The notes below the pieces were generated by a model. The model was not told the DNA's origin and made no database searches. It worked only from the letters and a program-made list of their open reading frames with translations. Shown piece after piece: positions 18,264 through 27,133 of a stretch of DNA of 32,000 nt. Each line of letters begins with the position of its first letter. Position 1 is the stretch's first letter. The DNA is from Candidatus Babelota bacterium (lineage in GTDB: Bacteria; Babelota; Babeliae; Babelales; Vermiphilaceae), in the NCBI GenBank assembly GCA_039809905.1, contig JBDHVY010000001.1, forward strand, positions 1,020,001 to 1,052,000, written 5' to 3'. A program made the translations under genes and the position numbers.

Positions 18264-19079
18264 ATGAGAGATCTTAAAGAATTATTTGGGGAATTGGTAA
18301 AAGCAGGGGTTCATTTCGGTCACCAGAAGTCTCGTTGGTGCCCTAAGATGAAGCCATATATCTGGGGTTACAAGAACGGGGTTCACTTGATTAATGTTGC
18401 CCTAACTGCTGACCATTTACGCAAAGCAGAAAAATTCTTAGAGTCTGTAGCCGCTGAAGGTAAGACGGTTTTGTGGGTTGGAACTAAAAAAGCTGCATCA
18501 AAAAGTATTGCTGAAATTGCAACTCGCTTAAATCAACCATATGTAAATCATAGATGGTTAGGTGGAACACTACTTAACTGGAGCCAAGTTAAAAAGTCTC
18601 TTACAAGACTTCTTCATTATGAAGACATTTTGGTAAAGTCTGAAGCAAATCCTTTTTATACTAAAAAAGAACTTAACTTATATAAAAAAACTGCTGATAA
18701 GCTTGAAAAAACAGTTGGTGGTATTAGAAAGTTATCATTACCAGTTGGAGCTATCGTTATAGTTGACGTAAGCAAAGAACAATCAGCAGTTAAAGAAGCT
18801 GTATTGATGGGTCTTCCTATCGTTGCTATTGTTGATACTAATTCTGATCCGTCAGATATTGATTTCGTTGTTCCGGGTAATGATGATTCCCCTCAAGCTA
18901 TCAACCTTCTTTTAAATGTAATGGCAGATGCGGTTGCTCGTGGTAATGAAACTGCTAAAAAAGCAAAAGAAGATAATCAAGTTGCTAAAAAAACTGGCGT
19001 AAAAGAAACAGCACAAGTTACGCAAGATGCGCCGAGTGATGTTGAAATAGCGTTGCAACAGCTCGATGCCCAAGAATAA
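18264..19079 (+). CDS. rpsB: 30S ribosomal protein S2
   Basis: LVKAGVHFGHQKSRWCPKMKPYIWGYKNGVHLINV, NHRWLGGTLLNWSQVKKS, PIVAIVDTNSDPSDIDFVVPGNDDSPQAI; AAAGGA RBS. Confidence 0.97.
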   Translation: MRDLKELFGELVKAGVHFGHQKSRWCPKMKPYIWGYKNGVHLINVALTADHLRKAEKFLESVAAEGKTVLWVGTKKAASKSIAEIATRLNQPYVNHRWLGGTLLNWSQVKKSLTRLLHYEDILVKSEANPFYTKKELNLYKKTADKLEKTVGGIRKLSLPVGAIVIVDVSKEQSAVKEAVLMGLPIVAIVDTNSDPSDIDFVVPGNDDSPQAINLLLNVMADAVARGNETAKKAKEDNQVAKKTGVKETAQVTQDAPSDVEIALQQLDAQE

Positions 19080-19084
19080 TTTAT

Positions 19085-19106
19085 AACCCTAAATCTTTTT
19101 AGGGTT
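19085..19106 (+). terminator. Possible terminator/processing hairpin after rpsB (poor U tract)
   Basis: Perfect 9-bp stem AACCCTAAA / TTTAGGGTT, loop TCTT; followed by GCAATTTC rather than a clean T run. Confidence 0.4.
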
Positions 19107-19158
19107 GCAATTTCTTCCTCTTAAATGAGGTCTCCATGTGAAATGCAACATGGATATT

Positions 19159-19250
19159 GGAGAGGTGTCTGAGCGGTTGAAGGAGCATGATTGGAAATCA
19201 TGTATGTTTCGAAAGAGGCATCGAGGGTTCGAATCCCTCTCTCTCCACCA
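19159..19250 (+). tRNA. tRNA-Ser(GGA) with encoded CCA
   Basis: GGAGAGG acceptor pairs with TCTCTCC; anticodon loop TTGGAAA (GGA at 19193-19195); long class II variable arm; T arm GAGGGTTCGAATCCCTC; ends ACCA. Confidence 0.95.
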
Positions 19251-19384
19251 GCTTTCGCCAAGGCTTCAGCTGGCGCGCCATTTTTTCAAATGATTGTGAT
19301 ATGGATTGGGAAAAAGTTTTTATATGATGGCGAAAGCTGTCCGCCGAAGCTTTATGCGAAGGCTGGACGATAAAATAAAAAGCC

Positions 19385-19600
19385 GATTCTCGCTCCTGTG
19401 TAAAAACAAGGTTCGATGACTTAAAAATATGCTCGCTATGCAATGTGAGCAACAGTTATGGGAAAGTAGATAAAGAAATGAGTTCATAATCTGTCAGGTC
19501 TGAAAAGAAGCAGCAGGATGTAATAAAATTCTTGTAGATACTTTCTCATATTTTCTTTGAATGGGGTCCCCATCGCAGCAGAGCGAAGGTGGGGATAAAA
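19385..19600 (+). ncRNA. ffs: Signal recognition particle RNA; domain IV is clear, both ends are approximate
   Basis: Domain IV signature GTCAGGTCTGAAAAGAAGCAGC at 19493..19514 (compare E. coli GTCAGGTCCGGAAGGAAGCAGC), with GAAA tetraloop. Flanking helix TATGGGAAAGTA (19457-19468) pairs with TACTTTCTCATA (19539-19550). Location between tRNA-Ser and dnaX matches the Bacillus-type order tRNA-Ser/scr/dnaX. Confidence 0.85.
19554..19600 (+). repeat. Interspersed hairpin-like element, copy B1
   Basis: TCTTTGAATGGGGTCCCCATCGCAGCAGAGCGAAGGTGGGGATAAAA; CCCCA/TGGGG stem. Confidence 0.55.
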
Positions 19601-19643
19601 GTAGCAGGATGCAACAAAATTCTTGTAGATACTTTCTCATATT

Positions 19644-19690
19644 TCTTTAATGGGGTCCCCATCGCAGCGGATGCGGAGGTGGGGATAAAA
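19644..19690 (+). repeat. Interspersed hairpin-like element, copy B2 (directly upstream of dnaX)
   Basis: TCTTTAATGGGGTCCCCATCGCAGCGGATGCGGAGGTGGGGATAAAA; CCCCA/TGGGG stem. Confidence 0.55.
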
Positions 19691-19703
19691 GGATGCATTT
19701 TTA

Positions 19704-21455
19704 ATGACTTCTGTTGTGTTAAATTTAAGTAGAAAATGGCGGTCTCAAGATTTTGACCATATAGTTGGGCAAGATCTTGTTGTTCGTATTCTTAAAAATA
19801 GTCTCTATCTCGGGCATTATTTTCCGGTGTATTTGTTTGCTGGTCAACGTGGGTGTGGTAAAACGTCAACAGCGCGTATTTTTGCCAGTGCAGTAAATTG
19901 TCATGCGCTATCAGGTTTTCAAAAAGATCCCAAAAAGTCTGTTATTCCCTGTTTAACATGCGATTCATGTGTAGCTATGCGAAATGGCAATCACCCTGAT
20001 TTTATAGAAATTGATGCAGCTTCACATACGGGAGTTGATAATATTCGCAATATTATTGAATCATCATCATTGCTGCCGGTAATGGGTAACAAACGAGTTT
20101 ACTTGATTGATGAAGCACATATGTTGAGCAAGGCGGCTTTTAATGCAGCATTAAAAATTTTAGAAGAGCCACCTGCAACGGCATTATTTATTTTAGCAAC
20201 TACAAATCCTCATAAAATTATTGATACGGTTAGATCTCGTTGCTTTCAGTTATTCTTTACATCAATACCCCATGACCCTTTAAAAAATCATTTGCAAGCA
20301 ATTTGCAAAAGCGAAAAAATTGCCTGCACAGATGAAGCATTGGATCTCATAGTGCGTCATACTGATGGTTCTGCTCGCGATGCATTGAATGTGCTTGAGC
20401 AAATGAGATTTGCAAGTTCAGTGATAAACAAAGAAGCTGTGCTATCTCTGCTTGGCCATATTGATGATCAATATATTTTGAACCTTATGCGATTAACAAT
20501 GCAGGGGGCATCTACGGAATTGGTGCAATTACTGCAGTTGTTGAATATTAATCAACACAAAGCAGAATTTGTTTGGCAACGCATGATTGTTTTGTGTCGT
20601 TCGTTATTATGGATTAAATATGGTGTGCGGCCTCATGAGCTCATTGCTTCTATGAAACTATTAGAAGATCATGCAAAATTATATTCTCTCTCTGACATAC
20701 ACCATATTATTGAAGTTTTATATAATAACGAAGAGTTATTCCTTAAGACTGCAATGCAACATACGTATTTAGAAATGGTATTGTTAGGTTTATGCATTAA
20801 AAAGAAAACAGATAATGGTAGCAGCTCAGCTCCTTGTGCGTTGAGCATTGCTCCGCAAGAAGAATCATTAACTGCAGATGAAGAAGAGAATGATGATAAT
20901 GATGTTGAGCAAGATGAAGCATTAAATCCTGAACAAAAATGGCAACGATTTGTTGTTCGTATTGAGGCATTGAATGATCCATTAATCATCTCTGTATTCA
21001 AGCAATCCTGTTTTAAAGCATATGCAGAAAATACACATTATATTACCGTTGAATTATCCAAAGATTTTATTCTGTTTAAAGATTTGTTAGAAGGTAGCCA
21101 ACGATTATGGCAACCGTTGTTACAAGAAATTTTTTCTCAGCAGGTAAAGCTGGATATGCAATTTACTGGAATGCAAAAAATTGAAATAACTAAAAAACAA
21201 AAGAGTGATGATGCGGTTATACCAGTACAATCATCGTCTGTAATACAACATAAACAAAAATCACCTGTTTCATCATCGCGGCCTCAAGAGCAATTTCGTG
21301 GTAGTAATCGTTATAATAATTATGCTAAACCAACTATTGCTGTAAATAAAAATGATCTGCATATTGATGTTTCCGATGAAAACAGATGGAAAAAAGCTTC
21401 ATTTTTGATGCGACATTTTCCAGGTGTGGTTACCGAAATACGTGAAAATCAATGA
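19704..21455 (+). CDS. dnaX: DNA polymerase III subunit gamma/tau
   Basis: FAGQRGCGKTSTARIFASAVNC Walker A, CLTCDSC zinc motif, HPDFIEIDAASHTGVDNIR, VYLIDEAHMLSKAAFNAALKILEEPP. Confidence 0.95.
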   Translation: MTSVVLNLSRKWRSQDFDHIVGQDLVVRILKNSLYLGHYFPVYLFAGQRGCGKTSTARIFASAVNCHALSGFQKDPKKSVIPCLTCDSCVAMRNGNHPDFIEIDAASHTGVDNIRNIIESSSLLPVMGNKRVYLIDEAHMLSKAAFNAALKILEEPPATALFILATTNPHKIIDTVRSRCFQLFFTSIPHDPLKNHLQAICKSEKIACTDEALDLIVRHTDGSARDALNVLEQMRFASSVINKEAVLSLLGHIDDQYILNLMRLTMQGASTELVQLLQLLNINQHKAEFVWQRMIVLCRSLLWIKYGVRPHELIASMKLLEDHAKLYSLSDIHHIIEVLYNNEELFLKTAMQHTYLEMVLLGLCIKKKTDNGSSSAPCALSIAPQEESLTADEEENDDNDVEQDEALNPEQKWQRFVVRIEALNDPLIISVFKQSCFKAYAENTHYITVELSKDFILFKDLLEGSQRLWQPLLQEIFSQQVKLDMQFTGMQKIEITKKQKSDDAVIPVQSSSVIQHKQKSPVSSSRPQEQFRGSNRYNNYAKPTIAVNKNDLHIDVSDENRWKKASFLMRHFPGVVTEIRENQ

Positions 21456-22771
21456 AAAAAACAAAACTTCCTCAGGTTGTCATCGTTGGTCGTACTAACG
21501 TTGGCAAATCGACTTTATTTAATCGGTTATCTGAAAATATAAAAGCTATAGCACTTGATCAAGAAGGTGTAACGCGTGATTTTTTAAGCGATACTATTTC
21601 ATGGCAAGGAAGAAGCTTTAATTTGGTTGATACAGGTGGTATCAGTTTACGCAGAACACAAGATCCTATTTTGGCTCAAGCTCGTGCGATTGCGTTATCA
21701 TTAATAGAATCTGCTGACATTATTTTGTTTGTTGTTGATGGCAAAAATGGATTAGTTACGGAAGATCGTGAAATTGCAAATTTACTCCATAAGCATGGCA
21801 AAGCAGTGTTTTTGGTAATCAATAAAGTAGATGTTAAAGATGCCATTGAAAATGTTCATGAATTTGAAGGACTTGGTTTTTCAAAAAGCTGTTTTATTTC
21901 TGCAACACATGGCAAAAATATTATTGATTTATTGGAGCTGATTATTGCTCATTTACCTCTTCCTGTTCTTGTAGAAGTTGAAGATCCAGCATATAAAGTT
22001 ATGTTATTGGGCAAACCTAATGTTGGTAAATCTTCACTTTTGAACTTGTTATTGCAAAAAGAACGTGCAATAGTTTCACCAGAAGCAGGCACAACACGAG
22101 AAGCTCTTGTTGAGCGAGTTAGTTTTTATCAAGAAGATATTCAGCTTGCAGATACTCCGGGTGTTCGCAGAATGCGATCGGTAACAGAGCCCCTTGAAGG
22201 CATGATGGTTCAATCAACCATGCAGGCTTTAAAGGGTTCAGATATTGTATTGTTGCTTATTGATGGCAGTGCTGATGCTGTTGTTGATCAAGAACTTAAG
22301 TTAGCATTTTATGCATTTGATAGTCAGTATAAAGCACTGATGATTTTATTTAACAAGTCAGACCTTATAGATGAAGGCACCAAAGTGCGCTTTGATCATT
22401 TACTTTCTGAATATGAGTTTTTCTTGAAAAAAATTGTGACTCTTTCTATTTCTTGTAAAACAGGAAAAAATGTTGGTAAAATTTTGCCTACGGTAAAAGA
22501 AATATGGGAGCGTCATTCTCGTCAGTTTAATCAAAATGAATTGACACAACTTTTCAAGGAAGCTTCAGTTCAGCGACCTCTTTATAATAATAAAAATTTA
22601 TTGATATTTTATTCTGCACATCAGATTAGCACAGCTCCTATTACAATCGTTATGCATGTAAATATGCCTTTATGGTTTGGCGAATCACAACTTGCCTATT
22701 TCGAACGAGTTTTACGGCAAGAATATGATTTACGTGGTGTGCCAGTTAAATTTATTGTACGCTCAAGATAA
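21452..22771 (+). CDS. der: GTPase Der (EngA), tandem GTPase domains
   Basis: GRTNVGKSTLFNRL and GKPNVGKSSLLNLL G1 motifs, VDTGG and ADTPG G3 motifs, NKVD and NKSD G4 motifs; KH-like C-terminus ending RGVPVKFIVRSR. Confidence 0.96.
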   Translation: MKKTKLPQVVIVGRTNVGKSTLFNRLSENIKAIALDQEGVTRDFLSDTISWQGRSFNLVDTGGISLRRTQDPILAQARAIALSLIESADIILFVVDGKNGLVTEDREIANLLHKHGKAVFLVINKVDVKDAIENVHEFEGLGFSKSCFISATHGKNIIDLLELIIAHLPLPVLVEVEDPAYKVMLLGKPNVGKSSLLNLLLQKERAIVSPEAGTTREALVERVSFYQEDIQLADTPGVRRMRSVTEPLEGMMVQSTMQALKGSDIVLLLIDGSADAVVDQELKLAFYAFDSQYKALMILFNKSDLIDEGTKVRFDHLLSEYEFFLKKIVTLSISCKTGKNVGKILPTVKEIWERHSRQFNQNELTQLFKEASVQRPLYNNKNLLIFYSAHQISTAPITIVMHVNMPLWFGESQLAYFERVLRQEYDLRGVPVKFIVRSR

Positions 22772-22811
22772 AACTACCGAAATTGTGGGGTTATAAAAAA
22801 GGAGCGTTATC

Positions 22812-23162
22812 ATGCACAAACGTATTGTGTTTCGTAATATGGAACATTCTGATGTTATGGAGAAGTATGCTAATGAGCAGCTTGAAAGAATAATCGAATT
22901 TCTCGAAAATGATCGTGGACCTGTGCATATTGATTTATATCTTGAGCCAAGTAAGGTTCATGAGCATCATCGTGTTGATTTACATGTCAAAAGCGCTGAA
23001 TATAATTTAAATTCATCATACGAGCATGAAGGCATGGGGTTTTATGATGTGCTTGATCGTGTCATTGATGTTATGTATCGAGAACTTCATGAAGCAAAAA
23101 GAAGAAACAATGATGAAGAAAAGATGCGTGGTCGTCATGATGACGTGAAAAAACAACGATAG
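22812..23162 (+). CDS. Ribosome hibernation/ribosome-associated inhibitor family protein (HPF/RaiA-like)
   Basis: MHKRIVFRNMEHSDVMEKYANEQLERI...VHIDLYLEP...HHRVDLHVKS...FYDVLDRVIDVMYRELHEAKRR fits the S30AE/sigma-54 modulation family; basic tail. Confidence 0.8.
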   Translation: MHKRIVFRNMEHSDVMEKYANEQLERIIEFLENDRGPVHIDLYLEPSKVHEHHRVDLHVKSAEYNLNSSYEHEGMGFYDVLDRVIDVMYRELHEAKRRNNDEEKMRGRHDDVKKQR

Positions 23163-24104
23163 TTATAAATAATGAAATTGGTCTTGGGCATATTGCATTG
23201 TTTTGAATAATAAAAATATTGTGCTACAGATCAAAAGCATACCAATAAAAGTACACAGAGTACGAAGATATCCAGATTGGAACTTCGTACTTTTTTTTGT
23301 ATAAAATAAGCCCGCAGAAAATGTACAAATGCATGCAATACTGACGGTAATTAATGGTATGGCTATAGTTTGTAAGAAAAGGAATGCATATGCAATGCTT
23401 GATACAATAACTAATGAGAATATGAATTCGAATATTTCATTTATTTTTGTATGTTTTTGTAATTGGCTTTTCAAAAAGTGAGACATAAGTATCAATAAAC
23501 AGAATATAAGGACTATGATGATAAGATACTTTTTAGATTCTGTTTTGAGTGATTTTATGATGTTCTTTAATATGTATAGTAATGCAATAAAATAATCATC
23601 TATTGAAGAAAAAGACGAATTATTTTTTTTGAATGGAGGGCTCTGTTGATTATCTAACAATGGATCATCGGGATATTCATTTTTTTCTAAGAGTTGAGAA
23701 AATATGAACGTAAAAATGGTATGATTTATTTTTTTTTCAGAAGCTCGATAATAGCTGCAATATAAATGTATGGGTTCAGAATTACATGCTTTTGGAGTTG
23801 CAATGATGGTCATTGAGATAGAAAATGTTTCATTAAAGATTTGTTTTGTTTCTTTGAATTCAGGATCATATTGATTTATGCTCTGTTTGTCTGTTTTCCA
23901 GGTGGATAATGCTACCGTTGGTTCCTGTACTGAACAAGTGATAAAATCTCTATAAATAAAATCTTTTTCTGGAACAATAAATGTAATAATGATTTCTTTT
24001 GTGTCAGGACTTATGTCAATTGCATTAAATGTTATAAGCTTTGGATTTGTTTTTCCAAAGCTTATAAAAAAAGATGTAGACAACATTAAAAGAAATAATC
24101 TCAT
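23163..24104 (-). CDS. Exported/membrane protein with possible DsbD N-terminal-like domain and about 4 C-terminal transmembrane helices
   Basis: Signal peptide MRLFLLMLSTSFFISFG; segment VPEKDFIYRDF...PTVALSTW...YDPEFKETKQIFNETFSISMTI...IHLYCSYY resembles the DsbD alpha-domain pattern; hydrophobic C-terminal half. Overlaps the upstream bcp-like gene by 4 nt. Confidence 0.6.
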   Translation of the reverse strand: MRLFLLMLSTSFFISFGKTNPKLITFNAIDISPDTKEIIITFIVPEKDFIYRDFITCSVQEPTVALSTWKTDKQSINQYDPEFKETKQIFNETFSISMTIIATPKACNSEPIHLYCSYYRASEKKINHTIFTFIFSQLLEKNEYPDDPLLDNQQSPPFKKNNSSFSSIDDYFIALLYILKNIIKSLKTESKKYLIIIVLIFCLLILMSHFLKSQLQKHTKINEIFEFIFSLVIVSSIAYAFLFLQTIAIPLITVSIACICTFSAGLFYTKKSTKFQSGYLRTLCTFIGMLLICSTIFLLFKTMQYAQDQFHYL

Positions 24105-24619
24105 TTTACTGCTGCAAATGCATCAAGTATCTGTTGTGCATGATTCTTTGTATCAACTTTTTCAATAATGCCAACAATAATACCATTTTCATCAATTAAG
24201 AATGTATGACGTTTTGGTAAATAGAGTCGCCAAAAGCCGGTATTTACGCCGTATGCTTTCAGAACATCGTCTGTTGCAATAAGTAAAGGAAAATTAAGGC
24301 TCTTCTTGGTGATAAAGTTGCGTTTGCTTTCTACTGTTCCTGTACTTAATCCAAGAATGGTGATATCTGCTTCATGTAATAATTCAAAATTATCACGCAG
24401 GCTACACGCTTGCTCAGAACATCCGGGAGTATTGTCTTTTGGATAAAAATAGAGAGCAACTTTTTTTCCTCTAAAATCACTCAGTTTAACGAGTTGACCA
24501 TTTTGATTGAAAAGTTCAAATTCAGGAGCTTGATCGCCAACTTTAAGATTTTTGGTACTACACGCACATTGCAATGTAGTAAAACTAATCAGTGTCATAA
24601 GTAACAATAATGTTTTCAT
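24101..24619 (-). CDS. bcp: Bcp/PrxQ-type thioredoxin-dependent peroxiredoxin with N-terminal export signal
   Basis: VGDQAPEFELFNQNGQLVKLSDFRGKKVALYFYPKDNTPGCSEQACSLRDNF peroxiredoxin motif; preceded by MKTLLLLMTLISFTTLQCACSTK. Confidence 0.9.
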   Translation of the reverse strand: MKTLLLLMTLISFTTLQCACSTKNLKVGDQAPEFELFNQNGQLVKLSDFRGKKVALYFYPKDNTPGCSEQACSLRDNFELLHEADITILGLSTGTVESKRNFITKKSLNFPLLIATDDVLKAYGVNTGFWRLYLPKRHTFLIDENGIIVGIIEKVDTKNHAQQILDAFAAVK

Positions 24620-24724
24620 ATGTATTCCTTTTTATCTTTTACAAATAGTTTTGTGTATTTTTATTACTTTAATCATTATAAGTCATTTTTGTTTTTTACA
24701 AGAACCATAAATGCAAAATGTTTT

Positions 24725-25654
24725 TTATGTTGTTTGCGTTTCAATAATTTTCACGCTGCCTTTTGTGCTTTGAACCATTATTGTTGCGTCACCCGTTCCT
24801 AAAGTGCCATCGACTTCTTTTTTGAATTTGTTCCATGCTGTTTTATTGAGTTTTGTTGCATATGATTTGAGCCTGATTTCATGGTCAGATATGAATGTGC
24901 CATAAGTGGTATATCCACAGATTTGCGCATTTGTATCAGTTGGCAGCGCAAGCATTATATTTCCTGAGGTAGTTTTGAGGTTAATAGAACCCGTTGCAGG
25001 TAATTTTTTATAAGATATATTAATGCTTCCTTTGATTGAGCGAGCATCACAACTATGCGCGATATTGTCTCCTATTATATTACCATTTCGAGTATATGCT
25101 TCCACTGGTCCACCGGTATTAGCAAAATTAATAGAGCCTTTGTTTAATGACTGCGCAGATGCTCGTTGTTTTGTATTAATGATGGTGATATCATCATGTG
25201 CAACAACATCAATCATACCATGTACATCTTTTATAAAAACATTTCCTTTTCCCGTTATAGTTAATGTAATGTTGAGCGATGCAGGAACAATCAGCTCATA
25301 ATCAACCAATCCGTTCTTTTTTTTATTATTGTTTTTTGTTGTTATTGCAAGATGGTTGCCATTGGTTATATCAGTAATAACATCAATATTGTTAGCAATA
25401 ATTTCTGTTTTTGCCCGTTTTATTGTTCTTAAAAACAATGATTTTTTAGGCCCTGTCTTAACGGTAATTGATCCATTGCAATTATTCAATGATAAAGAAT
25501 GAATTGATGCTACTGAAAATTCTCTTTGTTCGTTTTTTTCTATAGTATTGCTGCGTAAAAATGATTTTATCGTTTGGTGAAATGAATTTTTTGAGGAACA
25601 ATTAATGACGTGAGTAGCCATAATTAAAAGGATGATGTAGGCATTCTTATTCAT
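24725..25654 (-). CDS. Putative lipoprotein with DUF4097/DUF2807-like repetitive beta-strand domain
   Basis: Signal with lipobox-like HVINC; repeating short strands (GNVFIKDVHGMIDVVAHDDITIINTKQ, GSINFANTGGPVEAYTRNGNIIGDN, GSINLKTTSGNIMLALP) typical of this fold. Confidence 0.65.
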   Translation of the reverse strand: MNKNAYIILLIMATHVINCSSKNSFHQTIKSFLRSNTIEKNEQREFSVASIHSLSLNNCNGSITVKTGPKKSLFLRTIKRAKTEIIANNIDVITDITNGNHLAITTKNNNKKKNGLVDYELIVPASLNITLTITGKGNVFIKDVHGMIDVVAHDDITIINTKQRASAQSLNKGSINFANTGGPVEAYTRNGNIIGDNIAHSCDARSIKGSINISYKKLPATGSINLKTTSGNIMLALPTDTNAQICGYTTYGTFISDHEIRLKSYATKLNKTAWNKFKKEVDGTLGTGDATIMVQSTKGSVKIIETQTT

Positions 25655-25753
25655 TGGTATCCTTTTTGTCGATTTCTTTTATCTTTTAATGTATGTAGCA
25701 TACAAAAAATGTCGGGCTAATTCAAAGAACAGTAAAGTATAGAAAGAATAAAA

Positions 25754-27133
25754 ATGAAATTATTTGATACACAAAGTGATGTAATTCAAGCCATTGTTGT
25801 TGCTATTTCAGGTCATCATGGGCGAGCATTGCTTGTTGGCGGTGCGGTGCGTGATATGGTAATGAACAAACCAATAAAAGATGTTGATATTGAAGTATAT
25901 GGACTAACAGAAGAACAATTGGAAAATGTTTTAAAAGAATTTGGCCATGTGAGCTTAGTAGGCAAAGCATTTGGTGTTTTGCGTTTACAAAGTCTTGATG
26001 TTGATTGGTCACTACCTCGTGCAGATAGTTCAGGGCGTAAACCAACTGTTACTATTGATCCGCATATGTCTCTTGAAACTGCTGCGCGACGGAGAGATTT
26101 AACCATGAATGCAATGGCATTTGATCTTATTACTCAAGAGCTTTTTGATCCCTATGGTGGAAGAAATGATATCAAAAACAAAATATTGCGCACTCCTGAT
26201 ACGCATTTTTTTACACAAGATCCATTGCGGTTATTTCGTGTTATGCAGTTTGTTGGTCGATTTGAAATGGTGCCTGATGATGAATTGAACAATATATGCA
26301 CAACAATGGATATTACGCAGATATCACGCGAACGAATTGAAGAAGAATTCAAAAAATTATTATTGCGATCACAACGACCATCGTTGGGTATTCGTTGGTT
26401 ATATGCAATTGGGCGACTGCGGGAAATTTTGCCAGAATTGGCCAATACGGTTGGCATAGTGCAAGAGCCAAAGTGGCATCCTGAAGGAGATGTGTTTGAG
26501 CATAGCATGCAGGCGCTTGATGCAGCAGCAAAAATAATACAAAAATATGATAATGAATTTGACAAATTAGTTCTATTGTATGCAGCATTGTGTCATGATT
26601 TGGGCAAAGTAACAACAACAAAAGAAATTAATGGTGTTATTAAAAGCATTGGACATGAAAATGACAGTAAAAAATATGCACGTAACATGTTATTACGTAT
26701 TACACGTAATGGAGATTTAATTGATGCAGTAACATCTTTAGTACTCCATCACATGACACCATTACAATTCACTAAAAACAATGCAAAAAAGCCTGCATAC
26801 CAAAGATTGGCGAATAAATTATCACCGCACGTTAATATATCTATGCTTATTGATTTATGCACTGCAGATAAGTGTGGCAGAAATGGTCAAGGACATGAAC
26901 CTTTAACTGATGATTTTCCTGATGTGGCATTATTTAAAGAAACGGCAGAACAAGCTGGCGTTTTGTACAGTAAAATTAAGCCATTATTACAAGGAGCTGA
27001 TGTGCTCGATATAGTTTCTGCAGGTCCTGCTATGGGTAAAATACTGAAAGATGCGTATGAAATGCAAATTGAAAAAAGCATTTCAGATAAATTAGTCTTA
27101 AAGGAATATATTATAAAAAAACTGAAGAAATAG
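25754..27133 (+). CDS. cca: CCA-adding tRNA nucleotidyltransferase / poly(A) polymerase family with HD domain
   Basis: LLVGGAVRDMVMNKPIKDVDIEVYG, RRRDLTMNAMAFD, DPYGG, QDPLRLFRVMQFVGRF, ALCHDLGKVTTT, GHENDS. Confidence 0.93.
   Translation: MKLFDTQSDVIQAIVVAISGHHGRALLVGGAVRDMVMNKPIKDVDIEVYGLTEEQLENVLKEFGHVSLVGKAFGVLRLQSLDVDWSLPRADSSGRKPTVTIDPHMSLETAARRRDLTMNAMAFDLITQELFDPYGGRNDIKNKILRTPDTHFFTQDPLRLFRVMQFVGRFEMVPDDELNNICTTMDITQISRERIEEEFKKLLLRSQRPSLGIRWLYAIGRLREILPELANTVGIVQEPKWHPEGDVFEHSMQALDAAAKIIQKYDNEFDKLVLLYAALCHDLGKVTTTKEINGVIKSIGHENDSKKYARNMLLRITRNGDLIDAVTSLVLHHMTPLQFTKNNAKKPAYQRLANKLSPHVNISMLIDLCTADKCGRNGQGHEPLTDDFPDVALFKETAEQAGVLYSKIKPLLQGADVLDIVSAGPAMGKILKDAYEMQIEKSISDKLVLKEYIIKKLKK

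Larger units (their letters stand above)
19510..19690 (+). repeat. Tandem duplication, two units of 91 and 90 bp (19510..19600 and 19601..19690)
   Basis: Both units read G(C/T)AGCAGGATG(T/C)AA(T/C)AAAATTCTTGTAGATACTTTCTCATATTTTCTTTgAATGGGGTCCCCATCGCAGC...GGTGGGGATAAAA with few differences; each has the SRP RNA 3' strand plus a hairpin element. Confidence 0.9.

Noticed and set aside
19191-19373. 60-aa ORF starting inside tRNA-Ser
   Set aside because: Begins within the tRNA and translates through non-coding repeat sequence; not a gene.
19510-19690. CRISPR-like interpretation of the two ~90-bp repeats
   Set aside because: Only two long adjacent units, no spacers, no cas genes; content is SRP RNA 3' strand plus a hairpin.
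20669-21001. 110-aa reverse ORF inside dnaX
   Set aside because: Antisense shadow ORF in the dnaX linker region, no supporting signature.
26152-26565. 137-aa reverse ORF (and the other antisense ORFs in 25803..26621)
   Set aside because: Antisense to the well-supported CCA-type nucleotidyltransferase; shadow ORFs.
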